The position numbers and the translations under genes were made by a program. The notes beneath the pieces are model-generated. The model did not search any database. It was not told the DNA's origin and was given only the letters and a program-made list of their open reading frames with translations. Below are positions 13,601 through 32,550 of a DNA stretch of 64,000 bases, one piece after another. Within the stretch, counting starts at the first letter, position 1. Every line of letters begins with the position of its first letter. The stretch comes from Trichosphaerium sp. ATCC 40318 (Eukaryota; Protista; Tubulinea): NCBI GenBank assembly GCA_038496445.1, contig JALMLS010000585.1, forward strand, positions 1-64,000, written 5' to 3'.

Positions 13601-15648
13601 CTGATCCCTTACGCACAACAGATTCTGTCTAAAAAAAACTTGTTAGCACATCACCAAATTAATATCTGTTTTACATCAGTATCTGTCGTTTGAAACGATA
13701 ATGCACGTGCTGGGTTTTCACGTAGATTTGTGAGAATTGTGTTAAATTCTGGACGTTCAGATATCCAAGATGCAAATGTAACAGCATATCCACTACCACG
13801 TGAATCTCTGATATATTTGTCGAACAATATCAATAGAAGGTAACTGGAAGAAGGATGGTTAGAACACTTATATACAAGTAGCAGTCATCAAAATTACTCA
13901 CCTCTCTAAGTAGTGTGCAGCTGATTCTATAAGTGATTTTATTTTTGGGGCAGTTTGTGTTCGCTCAGATTTGCGTTTGTATCTAGATATTTCGTTTCTG
14001 ATATTTATAGTATGTGCACATTTATCTAAAATTTATTAGCAACAATAGCAGCGTTGGGTTTTTAAATGTACCAAGGAGATAATCCACATGAGCCTTCACT
14101 TTGGTACTCTTTTCAAAACAACTCAGTAGTTGGAGTACAGGCCTATACTCTCCTCTACAAAGATCCAATAATATTAGCAATCGCTAAATAAGTAAAATAT
14201 GATAACTGCGCGTACCTTTGTACTAGTTTATTTGGCTGATCGTCAGTCTCAGAAATTACTGAAGAAGCTAACATTGCACTGTATGTCGAAATACCACAAT
14301 GCTTGGGCGTGCTCAACAAACAACAGGATGCTATCATGCCCAATGTGGATCTCGTTCTCCCTGTAAAGAATTAACAACCTAAATACAATGGCAATATAAT
14401 TGTACCCAAGTGACAATTGAAAACGATGTTGGTGTTAGGTCCTACTTCGTGTATTTTCGTGTTGATCAATCTGTCAATATCCCTGGATTTTGTTGTTAGA
14501 TTAAAAACATACTCAATGTGCATACATAGCAGATAGTGGTCGCTCAGGGGATATTGGAACACGGTGGTATGTGATGCCTTCAAACTCGCTGATAGCTTCA
14601 CGAGGTGTTTTGACACTTTCGAAAGTGACAGCTTCAAAACTAGGAACCATCTTTGTTTTGTCAGTCATAAAAAAAACAACAAAGTAAGTGTACGTACTTG
14701 ATTGTTTTTACCTTCTTCATGAATCAAAATGAGACCATTATGAAGTCTGGCCTCCTCCAAGATATCTTCCTATTAACTAAGTAAACACAGGCAAACAATA
14801 CATTTTAATACAACTACAAGTAACTAATACCTTGATTCGCCTTTCCATAGCTTCCAAGTCTTTTATGCGCAAGCCATAAAATACGGCGAGATTTTTTAGA
14901 GAATACTTAGATTCCCTCACCTAATTTTAGTGGTGAATGGCGTGAGATTTCACAGGGTGCGCTGTGGTTTAAAAAAAAAGCAAAAAAACTGTTACAACAG
15001 CCAAAAACATTCAGAGAAGTTGCAAATATTGAGAACTTACTACAAACGGTCTTCCGTTCAAGTATATTATAGGTTCTTCACGTAAGTTCACCCACACCAA
15101 CTTTGCCGACTTTTCTTTTCTTTAGCATTAATAAAAAACGGATCTACACTATCTGTGGCGTACCACCGCGATTTGACATTAGTCCAAGTAGTGCCCGAAT
15201 GCCAAAAACAGTTGGTTGACCACATCCATAAACACGCACTCCATCAGAGCCAGGGACTTAGCTACAGTAAGTATGGCGCGTTAAAGCGTATCTAGGTGCT
15301 TACCTTCAAGTGCTCGAAAGCGTGGTGCTCCTGAAATTCTTAAAGCGCCTGTGGCTTGTATGTATGATAGCGGAATGTAATAGTCAAGTTTGAGGAGCAT
15401 TGATTTCGCTAATACCTTGCCTGCACTTATATCAGTTTATTTTAACCTTTTGAAGATAGAACAATCGTACCTGAGCGCCCTAAAAGCACTTCATCGACCT
15501 TTGGTACTTTTAACATGTCATAGAAGCTCCCAGAGTTTGATAATGATGATGGTACGTGCTGGGACACTGACAGACCTACTCTGTTCGATCTACTTAACGT
15601 TGATTTATTGTCGTTACCACTACTAATGCCGCTGGCCATATTGCTCAT
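10656..15648 (-). CDS. Paladin-like protein with three PTP-like phytase/inositol-phosphatase repeats
   Basis: Three iterations of GAP(N/R)FR..W(V/I)N(L/V)REEP..Y.R.P..FN-P-loop, including NCQMGRGRTTTGM and the paladin-type LDYLKRYFYLILFAAYL. Confidence 0.9.
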
Positions 15649-15812
15649 AGCGTTGGTTTGAATAAATGGCGTTGATAGGAAACGCCTTTGGTATCAGTGA
15701 AGAGGTACTAACCTCAAATTCTTTTTTTGGTTTGAGTGCATAAAAAAAAGCGAGCAAAATATGCAAAGTCGCTGCAATTCTTCCACTTCCCACAAAATTG
15801 TCGTCAGCTGTA

Positions 15813-16633
15813 ATGGACTCAATAATTGGACTCGTTGGTGACGGTTTCGTCTTAATTGCCGCAGATCAAGCACAAGCGCGCTCTATTATGATACTCAAAC
15901 AAGACGAATCTAAATTTTTGAAGCTAGACTCTCATAAAGTATTTGCTATGGCTGGTGCGCGTCGAAACAACTGTTATTTTTATTTTTTTTTGTTGTTGCT
16001 GTTGGTTTTTTGTTCAATTCAATTTATACGCTAATACGTTTTGGCGTAGGTGATCATGGAGACAGATCTCACTTCACACAATACGTTCATAAAAACCTTC
16101 AGCTATACCAGTACCGTAACGGTTCAAAGCTTTCTACACATGCTGCCGCGAACTTTACCCGTTCAGAACTTGCCAAGTCGTTGCGCAAGAGAATGTACCA
16201 AGCAAACCTTTTGCTAGCTGGTTACGATGAGAAAAAGGACCCTAAAGACGACGAAAAAGTGATTGGCGAGCCTTCACTTTACTACCTTGATTACCTTGGT
16301 TCCATGCACAAAATGACATTTGCTGCTCACGGATACGCTGGTTACTTTTGCTTGAGTATTTTGGACAGGCACGCACTGCTGATCAGTAATTTTGATCACG
16401 CAACAACGATGTTTTTTATTTTACTTTCAAAATTTCAAATTAGACGTTCACAACTGACAGCTAATTAACTGTACAGATACTACAAAGATGGCATGTCCCT
16501 AGAAGAAGCACAAGAAGTATTAAACAAGTGTGTAGCTGAATTAAAAACGCGCTTCCTTGTAAACGCAATGACATATGAAGTTATGATCATTGATGCCAAA
16601 GGCGTACGCAACTTGGACCCAATTGTAAAGTAA
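15813..16633 (+). CDS. PSMB2: 20S proteasome subunit beta-4 (PSMB2/PRE1)
   Basis: MDSIIGLVGDGFVLIAAD..ARSIMILKQDE..GDRSHFTQYVHKNLQLY..HAAANFTRSELAKSLR..YQANLLLAGYD..LYYLDYLG..AHGYAGYF..LDRYY. Confidence 0.97.
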
Positions 16634-17011
16634 ATAAACTGGGGGCATGTATTGCATGTCATTATTCTCAATCAAGCTAAAGTGTCAAAGATAACGTTGC
16701 TTATCCACTTGACACAATAAAAATAAAAACGCAGAACCACACAGTACAAATCAACTACTCTTTTGCATTGGTTATAGACACCGCGTTGCGGTTGCTATCC
16801 AACAAACCAGAAACTCTCACACAATTTTCTTTTTTGCGGTAAAAAACTGCGCCACGTCAAAAAAAAGTGAGGCGATTCCAAGGCCAGTCAACACAAAATA
16901 GAAAATCTGCAACGTCACCACTATAGTTTGTAGCGTACAGAGTTTTATATATACGCTACATCACTCTTCTATCACAGAAAACAATTTTGAAATTATTAGC
17001 GACAGACATCA

Positions 17012-18948
17012 ATGCTTTCACATACGCATTTCTGCCTTGTGTTATTGGCAGCGTTAAGCTGGTACAGATTGTTCTTTAAACTTTTTTTTTCTTCTTTTTC
17101 TGGCAAAGAAAACTCAATCTAAACCTCCAATTTACTACTTATGTACTAACTGATACGTAGTGCTTTGGCCTCAAGCGATAAATTCGGTCAAAATCCACAA
17201 CACGAGTTTGGAGCCTTATATTCAAATGCTAAACCAATCATACCTTTCTGGAAACTAAGTAAGTACCCATAAAAACGACCCAAGAGAGCTTTTCTCAATT
17301 CAGTGTCAAAAAACAGTTTATGAAAATAATAAAAAAAGTTTTAACCGTTTGAACGACAGGCGGCAATGCCGTTGCCACCGACGACTTTGTTCGTATCACC
17401 TCAGACCGTCAAAGTCAGATGGGCGCTCTTTGGAACTCAGTTGTACGTACTATTTCAACTAAGGGTTGTTTTTTGTTTTTTTGTAATTGTTTCTCATCAC
17501 TACGTTAGCCAAACCGATTTAATTCTTGGGAAGTTATTATGAGTGTTCGCATCCATGGCGTAGGCCACCTTGGAGCTGACGGTATGGGCTTTTGGTACAC
17601 CCAAAAGCCAGCCATGCCAGAAGGTGACTTCTTTGGTTTTCGCGAAAGTTTCAGAGGTTTGGGTGTTGTTGTCGATACTTACGATAACGACGGTACTGGA
17701 AACCATCCTCAACTTATTTTGATGTACAATGACGGCACCAAATCTAAGAATGTTGCCTCCGCTGCAGCCCACGATCCAACTCACTTGCGTCAAGTAGAAC
17801 GTAAGTATATACTCTTTCGTTGTCACCTGTTCAAATCAATACGTACTTACTGAGCTTATAGAATCTATGCAGTTGGGTTCGTGTCAAATTAAGATGAGAA
17901 ATGTAGAAAAACAGACATACATCAAAGTCACCTACTGGCAGAACAGCGTCACCGTACGTTATCATAATAATATTTTAGCTTGTAGAAGTTTGGTTGTTTA
18001 GCTTTTTTTTCTTCAGTCTTTGTTGACAATAGCTGAACTTGTTCTGATGACTATTTAGGTGAGTTATGATCTCGGCAGGTGAGCCACGTGGACAATTAAA
18101 GTTTCTCCAGAATATGGTTTTATTTTTGCTCGTTCCTCTCTTATGTCTCATTAGCACTGGTACATGGACTGATTGCGTATCGGCCACATCTCAGATAGTT
18201 CCAACTGGATATTATTTCGGTTTCACAGCTGAAACTGGTCAACTTGCTGGTATTTATTTACAACCGAAAACATTTCGAACGTTACCATAATTAACATATT
18301 AATAGATAACCATGACTTGCACGGTATTGCAATCCGCAATTTGGATAGCAATGCAATGAGCATCGATAGCATGACTCAATACTCAGGCCAGGCCAGACAA
18401 GAGAGTATGCAAGAGACATTGAGCAAACTGAACTTGGCCATGAAAACGTTACCAACTGGTGGTAGTTCTAGCAGCGGTGGGCTTTCGTATGTCCTGCTCT
18501 TCCTGTTTTTTTCTATTAAGCCCATCCTTACATGTATTTGTAGTGCTAAGGACCTTGCAAATATTCAAGGAACGCTTGCACGCGTTGAACAAAGACTTGG
18601 TACACTAGAATCACGCTTGAGCGGTAGCCAACAAACAACCCAAAAACTTGATCAAATTTTGAATCAAATTCGCCATGTCGAAGTACGTCATGCCAATAGT
18701 TCTATTTCTAGTATCTAACGTTGCACTGCAGAGTATTCCAGATGGTCTAGGAGGTATTTTCTCGTCACTCCAAGGATTATTCAGAGCATTGTGGTACGTA
18801 TTTTGTGACATTTGGCATTAATCTTGTTTACCCCACTGTTAGGTATGCTCTTGGTTTTGTAGTATTTGTCGTAGTTGTCTACTGTGGATACTTACTTTAC
18901 CGTGTTTTGGCCTCAAAGAAAACAAGGTCTAACAAGCAATTGTACTAA
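17012..18948 (+). CDS. L-type lectin cargo receptor (ERGIC-53/VIP36 family)
   Basis: Signal peptide; IPFWK.SGNAV..VRITSDRQSQMGALWN; GADGMGFWY; FRGLGVVVDTY; GYYFGFTAETGQL..NHD; then coiled coil, TM, and a KQLY tail. Confidence 0.92.
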
Positions 18949-19518
18949 AAGAGCGTTATTTGTTGTCTCACGCGTTCTCCTGTACAAATAAATAAATAAA
19001 AAAAATTTGGTGAAAGAAGATTCATTGTGTACTCAGTTTACATTAACAGCAGTGCGTTGAGGTTGACTCTCCAGAAAACAAATAGTGTTACGTCGTTGTG
19101 GCCACAAAACTAATAATTAACACATAAACATTGGCTTTGTAGTTTTTTGGTGGTACTGTCGTTAGGTGACGAGATACGCTTAAATGTAGCCTATCAAGTA
19201 CTTTTCAATTGAAAGCGTAAATTGAAAAAACTTAACGCCAGAAAAAATCAGCTATTTTCAAACCAGAAATAGTAACCACGGATTACCACCTGTAAGAAGT
19301 ATTCATACAAACGTACCAAACGGTAAGTTTTACCCCTCCACCGCTTTTTCTTTCTGTTCTGTGAGAAAAATAATTATAAAAACCAACAGTGTTTTAAACA
19401 AACGACCTTTCAGTCAATTTGTCCATATCTTTGTAGATGAATAATTAAACAATCCGCTTTGTTTGGTTTTTTTAGTTTCGTTTATAATTCACCTGGTTGA
19501 CCCCATAAGGTGCAATAG

Positions 19519-22500
19519 ATGACCAGCACGCGTACTGGTCCTCGAAACGGCCATAAAAAAGTTAAATCTGCTCACTCGGATGGTTTTGCAATTGGCCCAC
19601 TAGGTAATTAAACAACTGCAATACTGAATACTTACAGCAGAAAAAGAAATGGAAAAAGAACCTTTATATTCAAACGGAAAAACAACGTCTCGATCGTCCC
19701 CAAAATCAAGGTCAAAGTCTCGCGGACGAACGAGGAGACAACGGGCTGGAAGCGCTGGCATTAAAAGAGACAGAATTGCTTCTCCCCCAAAACGGTATGA
19801 GCGTCACTAATTAAACGCTGTTCTCCAGTATAACGCCGCAATTATATAGAAGACGAACGCAAAGACGAAGACCAGGCGTCTCAAGTGGCAGGTATACATT
19901 TATTCCCCGCAGTGCAACAAAATGGCCCCTACATCCCTTTTTTACGCTAAATATTTGCGTCAAGCACTTGTTTTTTACAAAAAAAGACTTGCAACGCGCC
20001 CTTTTTTAAAACTTTAACCTAGCGGCGCTACAAATGCAACGATAAACGGTAGAACAAATGGGCATAATAAAACAGGCTCTCCTAAAAAAGTTCGACGTAA
20101 TCACACTGCCAAATTTCGCCATCACAGTACATCAAATGGTCCACGTCCAATGAAGAAGGCGCACACGGAAAGGTATTTAAATCTTCCATTTCTATAAGTA
20201 TAGTTATTCATCTCGTCTCTTTTAGCGCCCACACACGCTCTCATGGCAGGAAGGGTATACCTAAAAACATGATTTCACCTTTATCGCCAAAAGGTACTCA
20301 AAAAAAGATTTGAAATGCTTGCTGTGATGCACTTTGTGCAAATACCTAATTTTTTCATTTCTCTTTGTTATAATTTATTAATGCTGGTGCTATTAGGGCA
20401 ACGACATAAATCTAAATTGCCTACGGATGATGCACTTCCCTTATTACATATGGCTGCAAAAAAAGGAGATGAACAAGCAGTGTTGTCTTTGCTGGCCAAG
20501 GTATGTTTTGCGTACTAGTTGTATTTTTTGGTTTGTTTGACATTTTCCTCTGTTGCAGAAAGTAAATATTAATAAACGAGAAAGAATGTACGGTACAACT
20601 GCTCTACATCAAGCTGTAAAACGCGGAAAAATTGGAGGTAAGAAAGGAATTATTTTCAAATCTAACAGTGTGCAGTTGTCAAGATTCTGTTGGAAAATAA
20701 TGCCAATCCAAATATTAAAGACAAAAAGCAAAAAACAGCATTGCACTGGGCTACATCAAAACAGGTTGGTGACTTCATGAGAAGTAATCATTCGTATTGT
20801 ACTAAACTCGTTCAGGAACCTGCAGGATTAGTTAATGTGCTGCTTGACTACGGCAATGATATAGAGCCAGGTGCTAAGGATCATAAGAATAGAACGCCAC
20901 TGCATGTTGCTGTGATGTACGGTACCCCGCAAGGTGTAAAGGCACTGACAGAGGTGATTGGGAAGCAAGTGCGTACCATAAAACATGTGCTAAGCGTCAA
21001 GTTTTTCTCATGTGTTTTCGGTAGATAAATGCGAAAAATAGAGAATGGAAAAGACCACTTCATTTAGCTGTGCGCTACAGTGAAGAATCTGAAAAGATAT
21101 TATTGGGCTCACCTGATATAAAAATTGATGCTGTTGATTTACAAGGCCGCACTCCTTTGCACATTGCATCAAGAGAAGGCAAACTAGAGAGTGGTAGGGT
21201 TAACCAAAATGTTTTTTTTATCAACGTTAAAATATCTGACTTGTGCCCATAGTGAAACGTTTGTTATCTGCTGGTGCTAGCGTAAATGCTAAAGATGATT
21301 CAAAACTGACAGCACTTCATTATGTACGTTGGTCTATTTTGTGCATTGAGCTAATTTATTTGTTAAAGGCTGCTGGGTTTGGCAACCTTAGTGTCACCAA
21401 GTTATTAATAGAAAAAGGTGCCCATGTTAATATGAGAGATGTTGAAGAGAGGTAACAATTGACCGAATTTTCTTGCGAAAACTTAACGCATTGATAGGAC
21501 ACCACTTCATCTTGCAGGCGAAGGAGAATACCACTCAGTTTGTCACGCGTTGACAAGCGCTGGAGCTGATGTTAGTGCGTTATACGACTTAAAGTACGAT
21601 AGAACAGCACTCTGTTCATTTTTATATCAACTCGCCGTTAACTAACTATTATTTTTTTTCAGGACTTATAGGGTGCGACAACATCGTATGCTTGTAGCCA
21701 GGCGATCCACTGTAGATATGGGAAGTATTCCTGACCGCCAAGTCGGTTATCTGGTACGCAAGATTTTCATTGTTTCTTTTTCCTCATGAGTGACTGCCGT
21801 TGCTGTTCTTATTGTTTATGCGTTATTAGCGTCGCAATTCAATGATCCCATTAACACCGAGAACAATACGGCAAACGAATCGTGCACAATGGTTTGTAAG
21901 ACCTATGCAATCTACTGATAAGTACGGTTTCATAAAGAAGAAACACTCAATGGTAAACGCAACTGATGCCGACGATGCATCCAGCTCGTACGTAGCAATA
22001 AAAGTTAAATGAGATATTTACACCTATTAGGAGTTCAGATGTAACTGATGCGCCTAAAATGCGTAACACGGATAGGAGAGAAAGGAAGGAATTGGAACGC
22101 GCTGATAAGGTTCGCACTTAGTAAACCACACAAGCTAATTAACACGTGCCCACTAGTGGGCAAAAATGCTTAAAAATTGGGGAGAGTATTCAGAAGCCAA
22201 AATTCGGCGACGAACTTATAAGGGAATACCAGATAAGGTTAGAGGGGAATCATGGAAACGAATTGCGAATATCAAAGCCATGCGTGAAGCAAATCCTGGT
22301 ATTTATAAGGTGCGAAGAGATTGTGCATACTATGTTATTTTTTGAAGACTTATTTCTCAATAGTCGAATCTGGACAAAAGGTTCAGCGGTAAAAATGTGT
22401 CTATTAACAGACAGATTGATCTTGATGTTGAGCGTACTTGGAGAAACCATCTTATGTTTAAAGAACGCTATGGTCCAGGGTACAATTTTTACAATAACCG

Positions 22501-23499
22501 TACGATGTTGTTGGTTAAATACTAATGAAACTTAAAGGCAAATTGCTTTATTTAATATACTAAAAGCATATTCGCACTATGACCCAGACGTTGGATATTG
22601 TCAAAGCATGTCAGACATTACAGGTTCGTTTGTTTGTTAAAATTTGATTGTGTCGATGTTGACAATTACTCATTGTTTTAATTAGCGTTCCTGTTGTTCT
22701 ACATGGAAGAAGAGGATGCCTTTTGGATGCTCGTTCATTTTTGCCATTCCCAAAAGTTTCACATGCAGGAACTGTTCACAATAGGTACTGTTTTGCGCCT
22801 ACAAAGAAGTTTCTTAGAAAATCTAAAACGTTGTAGATATGACAGAGCTAAAGATGAATTTTTACGTACACAACCGTATGTTCGAGGACAAGCTACCCAA
22901 GCTCTATCAACATTTTGTACGCACTTTTTTATGGTTAGGTCAGCTACGCTTGTAGTCAATTACATGCATTGGTGGAATTTTAATAAATATTTTTAATGGT
23001 TTGTTGCTGACACTGTTTTGTAGCAAAAAGAAGATATTCATCCGTCTGGCTATGCATCGGAATGGTATATGAGATTGTTCATGACTGTATTGGACCTTGA
23101 AGTTGTTCTACGTGTATGGGATTTATTTATTCTGGAAGGCTATGATATATTCTTTACTGTAGCATTCTGCATCTTAAAAGAGCTTGAAGGTACGACAACT
23201 AGTTCTTTTATTGTTTAATTGACAATTTTTTGAAAGATCGGTTGATAAAAGCAGACATGGTGACAATCATGACAGTCATCAATAAAGATATTAAGACACA
23301 AGGTGAGAGTAAAGATATTATTGAACCTTCTTGTTGTTGACTTATGTGCTTAGGGGTTCTCGATGCTCAAGAATTAATGAAAAATGTCAAGACCCACAAA
23401 CTGAAGCAGAGTTACCTCAATAAGCTAAAAAGAGAATACCGCAATCAAAACCCACCAGATCTAGAAGAGCGTATGAAAGCAAACACAGCGCCACATTGA
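19519..23499 (+). CDS. Ankyrin-repeat plus TBC (Rab-GAP) domain protein
   Basis: Basic low-complexity N-terminus, then about 7 ankyrin repeats (LLHMAAKKGD, TALHQAV, TPLHVAV, GRTPLHIASREG). TBC: KGIPDKVRGESW, QIDLDVERT, VGYCQSMS, EEDAFWML, LRVWDLFILEG. Start is approximate. Confidence 0.88.
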
Positions 23500-24105
23500 G
23501 AAAGTCATCCTAATAAGCACTTGTGATTTCGCTAAGCATCAAATTTTTCTTTTGAGCGAAAAGCGTTCTTGTATTTTATTTTTATTACACGTTGTACTTT
23601 GCAGCACCAAAATCTAATAAAGTGTACCATAGAATCAACTTCGTTATTCGTCAAATTCTCACAAGGTCTCAATAACAGATCAGGTAAATGCGCTTGGAGT
23701 CCTATTTGTTTTGCCGCGCATTTTAAACGGCAATTTGTACTAGCGGAATCGCTGGTCTAGTTCCTTTTTTTTGCGAAATTTAGCGTATTCATCTAATTTC
23801 GCCTAACAAGACGTTGCTCAAAGCAAAGCCGTGAGGTCGAATCACATTTTTACTTGCGCTGTTAAAAGAAATTCGTTTAATTAATGGCGTCTAATCTTTT
23901 TTTTTGTTTGTTTTACTTGTTTTTAGTTGCTTGTTAAGAGTATATACGTAACACATTACAATTACTAGAGACAATGTGAAAAAATAGATTTGAGTGTGAG
24001 TAGTTGCGAATAAATCCAACGCTGTATTACAGTTATAATTGTGCGCTAAACCAAAAAAGAATTTCTCACCTGAGTCACACCTCATTCAGAAAATCCAAAA
24101 TTTAA

Positions 24106-26119
<2,014 letters not shown>

Positions 26120-26313
26120 TTTTTTTTACCCGAAACCGCTTAACCTCACGCACTTTGTATGGGTTAAATTTTGCTGCGCTTTGTAACGCTAATAAGATAT
26201 TATAAGTTTAGATGTTGTGTATTTGTTTGGCTTTGTAATTAAAGCAATTCTTTTTTTCTTATATTCAAAGTAGGAATTCCAGTTCTTGTGGATTATACAG
26301 TACAGTGTATGCA

Positions 26314-26834
26314 TTACCAATGAGTGGAGCCACCTCTATTCCATTTTTTTGTAGACATTAATCTTCCTTCTGTGTATCGCTTTTTGCATGCTAACTGGCC
26401 ATTCTCAAACCAGTTTAAGTACTCACCATCAAATTTGCCATTCTTGTACCAACAATGCCTGCGCAATACGCCATTTGCATCCCACCTCAAACACTCACCA
26501 TGTAACACTCCGTTATTGTACGAGCAACAGAGCTCCATTTGTCCGTTGCTGAACCACCGTTTGCACGTGCCGTGCTTTATGCCATGCTTGAAAGCCTGTG
26601 TAACGCGTCCGTATGCTAGTTTTTTTGAAAACACACCATGCTTCTCAAAATTATTGTCAAAATTACTTGAAAGTGCTGCATAAGTGCATTGAGATGCCCA
26701 TAGCTTCCGTACTTCATCATCGAAGTTAAATATCATGTAGTGCAGTTCAGGAGGTAGGTTGGTTAACAACAGTGACCTGAGAGGAAATGACTGTTTGTAC
26801 TTACTAGTGGGCGTACGTACGTTTGTGTAGCCAT
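26314..26834 (-). CDS. F-box-like N-terminus plus MORN-variant (MORN_2/YwqK-type) repeats
   Basis: MATQT, then an intron, then SLLLTNLPPELHYMIF. Repeats: KHGTCKRWFSNGQ, LHGECLRWDANGV, FDGEYLNWFENGQ. Confidence 0.75.
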
Positions 26835-27083
26835 GCTCTTGATGATCTACAATTTAAACCTTAATTGTCTTTGTGTTTTTCAAATAAAAAGACTTGAAAT
26901 CTAACAGTGTCGTCACATATTGTCACTCCTTGTTCTACAAACTGCTGCAAACGACAACGTATAGTAAAGGGTGTGGTGGTAGTAAAGGAGCATTGCAGCG
27001 GAGACTAGTCAAGGCAGAGTCAATGCATTGTAGAAAACTTGTTTAACACTATAATTATTTTGGGTTTATTTGCTCCACAAAAA

Positions 27084-28086
27084 CTAACTTGGTGGGATTA
27101 CATCCACACAATTATTAAAGATTTTACCATCTGCAACCAACCATGGATATTCTTTATCTGCTCTGCAACTGACTTGTGTCAGTACAGGAATATGATAGGG
27201 TGGTAAAGTGTTGTCAAAAAAGCGATAATAGTAAGTGCTCTGGTTTGGAATGCTGGGATTGGTCATTTCTGGTATTGAATAAGTCGATGCAGTGTTGACA
27301 CCCCACAGTACGTCTTTGCAAACACTTAACTTCTCTTGAGGTATGTGCACGTTCAAGCTGGTCCAAGCTGTACCCATTGGGTTGTCGCTTGAAACTCCTG
27401 ATCGCATGTACAAGTGTTTGCTTTTTGTAATACCATAAGGTACACCTTTTTCATCAATGGTTATCTCATGAAGTGCTCCTGGGACCTAGTAGTAAAATAA
27501 ATTTCACCTGCCTTTGACTTGTCACAAGGTTGAGGATTGAAACCGTACATGAACCCAATCACCATTAGCTTTACGGAACAATACATGATCATACCAATTT
27601 GTACCCCATACCTCACCATTTGGGCCTGTCGCTATTGTACGTAGGCTTCCATAAATGTGTGTCCATGACGTTCCTTGTGGGAGTTGTTCCTTGACAGAAA
27701 AAGTAAGGCGATTTGATTGTGTTGTCGCAGGTTATTTTGCTTTTCCACACACGTGGAACAAACCTTGATAGTCTTACCGTTATCCCGACCCTTTGGAAGA
27801 TCTGTTGATATATGTTGAGGCCCCACACATCCCCGTTAGCGCCAACAGAGATGGTGGATAGGGATCCGGGAATGTTTATCCAATCGCCAGTGTTTTCTAA
27901 TAAAAAGTATACGCTGTTGTCGCTTGCTAAACCCCAAGTGCCTTTCGGGCTTGTAGAAACTTGTTTCACTGTTGCAGGGAAAAAGGGAGTTTCGGTGTCG
28001 CAGCTAATAAATCCTCCTCCTGTGCCCGATACAGGTACGTACAGAATAGCAAAACTTAGTGCGAAAATAGCGAAGAGGTGCTTCAT
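27084..28086 (-). CDS. Secreted tectonin/tachylectin-type beta-propeller lectin
   Basis: Signal peptide MKHLFAIFALSFAILY. Repeats: WINIPGSLSTISVG..GDVWGLN..QIFQRVGIT, WVHVPGALHEITI, LYMRSGVSSDNPMGTAW. Confidence 0.8.
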
Positions 28087-28488
28087 AAGTGTTGTTGCGG
28101 TTTATGTGAGTAATCACGTGCAGTTTTTCCACAAGAACGACTACGGACATTGAAACAGTGTTAGGTAGAGGTTACCGATGTTGGCGGAGAATTACAGAAT
28201 TGTTTAAAGTACTTCGCGATACTACACGAAACTCTACCCTCCGTTTTTATACATAGATTGTTCTGGAAGGCATTGTAGTCACTTTGTAAGGAGTATTGAT
28301 CTTTGTCATTCTAGTTTCAATGAAGTAGTGTATTTCTAGTACACCATACGCTATTTTAATAAACGTGTATGTTAGGGTAATGGAAATACCCTGAGGATTG
28401 CCATGAAGTAATGCTATTTTGTGTGAAAAGTACTCTTAGTTTCTACAAGGATTTTATTTTTTTCTTTTCTTTCTTATTATTTTTTGAT

Positions 28489-32390
<3,902 letters not shown>

Positions 32391-32550
32391 CTTGTTTGCG
32401 CTCTTTGTGATCTGTTTGAGCTGAGAAGGCAACGCTTTTTCGATGGTTTGGCAACGAAAAAAAAAAGCACTTTAAAGTTGGCGTTTTTTTCAAACTCGGT
32501 CGTTATTCTTTGATTTACAAGCAACCAAACCGACACAGCAATACGTCCTT

